A stretch of 58,717 bases of DNA from Verrucomicrobiales bacterium. Lineage in GTDB: Bacteria > Verrucomicrobiota > Verrucomicrobiia > Limisphaerales > SXTU01. Under the pieces are notes generated by a model that was not told where the DNA came from, ran no database searches, and was given only the letters and a program-made list of their open reading frames with translations. Numbering within the stretch: position 1 is the stretch's first letter; each line of letters begins with the position of its first letter. Below, piece by piece: positions 55,059-58,717 of this stretch. The translations under genes were made by a program, and so were the position numbers. The stretch lies in assembly GCA_005791875.1 (NCBI GenBank), contig SXTU01000205.1, positions 1 through 58,717 of the forward strand. The letters are read 5' to 3'.

Positions 55059-55169
55059 CCGGCATTCGTAACACAACCTGTTCAGGCAGGCTAACCAAAA
55101 CCCCGCAAAATCCCGCTACTTCCCGAACAGGCCAGTCGGGCCCGGCACAGCGGGCAGCCGCACGTCCGC

Positions 55170-55238
55170 TTAGAATAGTTTCAACAGCTTCAGCAGGCCG
55201 TCGTGTCCGCCCAGCCGTTCATAAAGCGGACGAGTCAT
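55170..55238 (-). pseudogene. Possible 5' remnant of a truncated-hemoglobin-like gene
   Basis: The 22-codon ORF MTRPLYERLGGHDGLLKLLKLF* resembles the trHb N-terminus (LYERLGG....I..LV..FY). Its ATG overlaps the upstream TGA (ATGA). Only about 160 bp remain before the next gene. Confidence 0.3.
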
Positions 55239-56230
55239 GGTGCGGCGGGTGGGTTGCGCTGAAGGAGAAAAACACCCTCGTCCGCCGTCACGTTCAGCCA
55301 CTGCGCACGAAGCGTGAGTTGCTGTTCGGCGAAAAGTCTCTTCACTTCTCCGGGTGTGTGGCGATACGAGAAGAACAATCCAAACCGGGTGCCGGCGGCG
55401 AAGTGTAATTTCTGATCTGCGTAGTTCACGGAGCAGTCACGGCCGAAGACAAAATCAGCCTCGATACGCAACAGCCCCGAGCCTTCAGGACAGGCTGCGA
55501 TCTGAAACTCCACTCGCCCATCGTCACCCGTCACACCGAGATCCGCCAGCACGGAGAACAACCACTCGGCCGTCAGTGCATTGTCGTAAAGCGGGAACAC
55601 CTGCCGCACCCCGGCTGCGTAATCGCTGCCGGGTGCGAGATTCGCGCTCACCAGCAAGGCATCGCCGGGCGCCAGTAAACCGGCCAGTCGCGGTAACGCC
55701 TGCGCGGGGGTGAAGTTTGGCAGCATACCGAAGAACGTCACCACGCGCCGGACCCCAGGACGCAACCTAGCCCCCAGCGCCTGCTGCCAGTCGGCCGTCT
55801 CCGCGAGATCGAGCACGAGCGGCACACAATCTTCGGCCGCCACCAGTTTGCCCGCCACTGCAGCCGCGCGGGCGATGAGCGTGAGGCTCGTGCTGACATC
55901 GGTGGGCAAGTAGGTCACTGGCCGCGCGGGTTGCGCCGCGCGCAAGGCGCGGAGGAGTTCCAGTTCCTTCTGCCCGCCCCCGCAGCCCAAGCTCACGAGT
56001 TCTACCGCCGCCGCCCCGCAGAGCTCCGCCGCTGCCTGCGTGCCCTGCTGGTAGGTGGCCTGGCACGAAAAGTCCTGCCGCGCCGGCGAGAAAGCCTCGT
56101 GCACCCGCAGCCAACGCAGGGACTGCTTAGGCGTGTCGTAGTGAAACTTGTGGTTCATCCGCCGACTTTGAAGCGACGCGCAAAACGCTGCCTCAATCGC
56201 CAAGGGAAACTGGCTCGGATGAATCAGCAC
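55235..56230 (-). CDS. EgtD-like (histidine N-alpha-methyltransferase family) SAM-dependent methyltransferase
   Basis: KFHYDTPKQSLRWLRV..., VELVSLGCGGGQKE (SAM motif), TFFGMLPNFTPAQA and LYDNALTAEWLFSVL parallel the EgtD-family blocks. The start is uncertain (GTG 56230 or ATG 56158). The longer 611-aa ORF in the track overlaps alaS and is rejected. Confidence 0.7.
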   Translation of the reverse strand: MLIHPSQFPLAIEAAFCASLQSRRMNHKFHYDTPKQSLRWLRVHEAFSPARQDFSCQATYQQGTQAAAELCGAAAVELVSLGCGGGQKELELLRALRAAQPARPVTYLPTDVSTSLTLIARAAAVAGKLVAAEDCVPLVLDLAETADWQQALGARLRPGVRRVVTFFGMLPNFTPAQALPRLAGLLAPGDALLVSANLAPGSDYAAGVRQVFPLYDNALTAEWLFSVLADLGVTGDDGRVEFQIAACPEGSGLLRIEADFVFGRDCSVNYADQKLHFAAGTRFGLFFSYRHTPGEVKRLFAEQQLTLRAQWLNVTADEGVFLLQRNPPAAP

Positions 56231-56307
56231 GGCGACGGGCGACTCCTGCGGCTTCGCCGCACGCGGCAAGCCGGAGAGATACGAGATCGGCCTGCGACGG
56301 AGCTTGC

Positions 56308-58717
56308 TCAGACGATCAACTCCTTCGCCTTGGCCAGCGCCTCGTCCAGCTTGCTCGCGTCTTTGCCGCCGCCACGCGCGTTGTCGGGCTTGCCGCCGCC
56401 TTTGCCGCCGACGATGGGCGCGATGGCTTGGATGATTTTCCCGGCCTGGGCTTTCGCGGTGAACTCGGCGGACACCGCCGCGACTAGGGCGACCGCGCCG
56501 TTCGCCGCGCCGCCGAGGACGATCACGCCTTTGAAGCCGCCGCTCTTCAGCGCGTCGGCGATGGTCTGGAGCGTGTCGCCGTCCGCGCCCGGGACGTGGG
56601 CGATGATCGCGGGCGTGCCACTGACCGTCTCGGCGGCGGCGAGGAGAATTTTCGCGTGGGCGACGGCTTCTTTCTGGTGCGCGGCTTTGAGGGCTTTCTC
56701 CAAGTCCCGCTGCTGCGCGAGGAGCGTCTCGATCTTCTTCTCCAGCTCGTGGAGGGGCGAACTCACTTTGCCCGCGACGCTGCGGAGAAGCTCGCGGTCC
56801 AGACGCATTGCGTCGAAGGCGGTCAGGCCGGCGACGGCCTCGATGCGGCGCACGCCGGCGGCGATCGCGTTCTCGCCGATAATGCGGAAGAGGCCGATCT
56901 CGCCGGTCGCGCGCGTGTGCGTGCCGCCGCAGAGTTCCATGCTGTAGCCGTCGAGGTGCTGCGCACGGCCACCAATCTGCACGACCCGCACGGTGTCGCC
57001 GTATTTGTCGCCGAAGAACTGCATCACGTCCTTGCGGGCCTTCACATCGGCGTGCGGGACTTCGGTCCACGACACGCCCGCGTTCTCGACGATGCGCTCG
57101 TTGACGAGCTTCTCAATGTCCGCAACCTGCGCGGGCGTGAGCGCCGCGCTGTTGAAGTCGAAGGTCAGCTTGTCCGGCCCGACGAAGGAGCCTTTCTGCG
57201 AAGCCTCCTTGCTGACGACTTCGTGCAAAGCCCAGTGAAGCAGGTGCGTGACGGTGTGGTGGCGCTGGATGGCGTCGCGACGGAATTTCTCGACGGTGAG
57301 CGTGACGCTCGCGCCGACGGCGGGGGCGTCGCCGCCCTCGACGAAGTGCAGGAAGGTGTTGCCGGATTTATGAGTGTTGACCACGCGCCAGAGCTGGCCG
57401 CTGCCGGTGAGTTCGCCGGTGTCGCCGAGTTGGCCGCCCATCTCGGCGTAGCAGGTGGAGGTGTCGAGCACCACGGCGGTCTTGTCCTTGACGTTGACGA
57501 CTTCGAGCACATGCGCGGGCGTCTCCAGCGCGTCGTAGCCAAGGAAGCGCGTGGGCGTCTTGGTCTCGATTTGGGACAGCTCGATGACGGTCTTCTTCTG
57601 TGCAGCGCGGGCGCGGGCCTTCTGCTCCTCCATCAACGCGTTGAAGCCGGTCACGTCCACGGTCAGGCCGCGTTCGCGGGCCATCAGCTCGGTGAGGTCG
57701 AGGGGGAAGCCCTGCTCGTCGTAGAGGCGGAAGGCGAAGGCACCGGAGATGTTCCTCTTAGCGGCGGCCTCGTTGAAGAGGGTGATGCCTTTATCCAACG
57801 TCTTGTTAAAACTTTCCTCCTCCAGCTTGAGCGCGTCCTTCACGTGCTGCTTGCGCGTGCGGATTTCGGGGAAGACCTCGCCCATCGTCGCGGCGAGCAC
57901 GTCCACCAGCTTGTAGAAGAACGGTTCGTGGAAGCCGAGCGTGCGGCCGTAGCGCACCGCGCGGCGCAGGATGCGGCGCAGGACGTAGTTGCGGTCGGTG
58001 TTGCCCGGCTGGATGCCGTCCGCGATGGCGAAGCTCAACGTGCGGATGTGGTCGCCAATGACGCGGAAGGCGATGTCCACCTTCTCCTGCTCGGTGTCGC
58101 CGGTGCTGCTGGGCTTGGGCAGGGTGGAGCCGTATTTCTTCCCGCTCATTTTCTCCAGCTCATCGAAAATCGGGCGGAAGATGTCGGTCTCGTAGTTCGA
58201 GATTTTCGCGTGGGCGAAGTCGGTGAGGTTCTTCGTGCCTTGGATGATGCTGGTCACGCGCTCGAAGCCCATGCCGGTGTCCACATGCTTAGCCGGGAGC
58301 GCGCTGAAGGTGCCATCGGGGTTCGCGTTGAACTGGATGAAAACGTTGTTCCAAATCTCGATGCACCGGGCGTCGCCTTGGTTGACGAGCGAACCCTTGG
58401 TGTCGCCGAGCGGCGTGAGGTCCACGTGGAGTTCGGAGCACGGGCCGCAGGGGCCGGTCTCGCCCATCATCCAGAAGTTGTCTTTCTTGTTGCCGTTGAC
58501 GATGTGGACGGCGGGGTCGAGGCCGACGGAGCGGAACTTCTCCGCCCAGAAGTTCCACGCCTCTTGGTCGAAATCGCTGGGGTCGCCCTTGGCTTTGTCA
58601 GGGTTGTAAACGGTCGCGTAGAGGCGCTGCGGGGGGAACTTCCACACTTCGATGACCAGCTCCCACGCCCAACTGATGGCCTCCTGCTTGAAGTAGTCGC
58701 CGAAGGACCAGTTGCCG
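56308..58717 (-). CDS. alaS: Alanine--tRNA ligase (N-terminus lies outside the window)
   Basis: The frame is open to the window edge (GNWSFGDYFK...). FWMMGETGPCGPCSELH, HTVTHLLHWALHEV and GGTH editing/Zn motifs are present, as is the C-terminal DHHA1-like GGGKPDNARGGG. Confidence 0.95.
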   Translation of the reverse strand, partial: GNWSFGDYFKQEAISWAWELVIEVWKFPPQRLYATVYNPDKAKGDPSDFDQEAWNFWAEKFRSVGLDPAVHIVNGNKKDNFWMMGETGPCGPCSELHVDLTPLGDTKGSLVNQGDARCIEIWNNVFIQFNANPDGTFSALPAKHVDTGMGFERVTSIIQGTKNLTDFAHAKISNYETDIFRPIFDELEKMSGKKYGSTLPKPSSTGDTEQEKVDIAFRVIGDHIRTLSFAIADGIQPGNTDRNYVLRRILRRAVRYGRTLGFHEPFFYKLVDVLAATMGEVFPEIRTRKQHVKDALKLEEESFNKTLDKGITLFNEAAAKRNISGAFAFRLYDEQGFPLDLTELMARERGLTVDVTGFNALMEEQKARARAAQKKTVIELSQIETKTPTRFLGYDALETPAHVLEVVNVKDKTAVVLDTSTCYAEMGGQLGDTGELTGSGQLWRVVNTHKSGNTFLHFVEGGDAPAVGASVTLTVEKFRRDAIQRHHTVTHLLHWALHEVVSKEASQKGSFVGPDKLTFDFNSAALTPAQVADIEKLVNERIVENAGVSWTEVPHADVKARKDVMQFFGDKYGDTVRVVQIGGRAQHLDGYSMELCGGTHTRATGEIGLFRIIGENAIAAGVRRIEAVAGLTAFDAMRLDRELLRSVAGKVSSPLHELEKKIETLLAQQRDLEKALKAAHQKEAVAHAKILLAAAETVSGTPAIIAHVPGADGDTLQTIADALKSGGFKGVIVLGGAANGAVALVAAVSAEFTAKAQAGKIIQAIAPIVGGKGGGKPDNARGGGKDASKLDEALAKAKELIV

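Noticed and set aside
56231-57070. N-terminal 280-aa extension of the EgtD-like ORF (the 611-aa ORF in the track)
   Set aside because: The extension overlaps the alaS coding region in another frame and is Arg/Pro-rich nonsense. Similarity to the methyltransferase family begins near 56230.

Overview
This is a high-G+C chromosomal segment, about two-thirds G+C by eye. The gene content is typical of the PVC superphylum, most likely Verrucomicrobiota. That call rests on DUF1553/PSD1 and DUF1501 genes (an adjacent pair plus a second, orphan DUF1501 gene), an H-X9-DG prepilin-like protein, Tat-exported Hyi-like TIM barrels and a PmoA-like DUF6807 protein. Most of the window is housekeeping or glycan-foraging: partial accC, a sialidase/GlcNAc-2-epimerase locus, a cobalamin-riboswitch-controlled btuB-like operon, an M16 peptidase, a sulfatase, an OppA-like binding protein, an MFS transporter, envelope glycosyl-phosphate transferases and partial alaS.

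The one clearly accessory stretch lies at about 25.45-28.94 kb. It contains, in order:
- a roughly 200-bp nested palindrome;
- an array of about ten degenerate GAATCCCGGGATTC-type repeats;
- a frameshifted Fn3-like gene;
- a visibly lower-G+C two-gene module: a 63-codon Thr/Ser/Asp/Lys-rich peptide gene, a perfect 13-bp hairpin, then an MvdC/MvdD-like ATP-grasp ligase. I read this as a minimal graspetide-type RiPP locus and rank it the best candidate for something new;
- a hicBA cassette bracketed by a 154-bp duplication of the 3' end of a fatty-acid desaturase gene.

Three other themes recur:
- palindromic REP/MITE-like elements sit in frame inside enzymes (the epimerase and a DapA-family protein);
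- 4x7-nt heptamer arrays occur in or next to coding regions, one directly after the btuB-like start codon;
- there are many gene remnants and pseudogenes (enolase, nanA-like, globin-like, Dph6-like), plus a secreted protein with an in-frame TAG.

Many long ORFs in the supplied track are antisense shadows of real genes, as expected at this G+C content. All family assignments come from reading motifs by eye. No searches were run.
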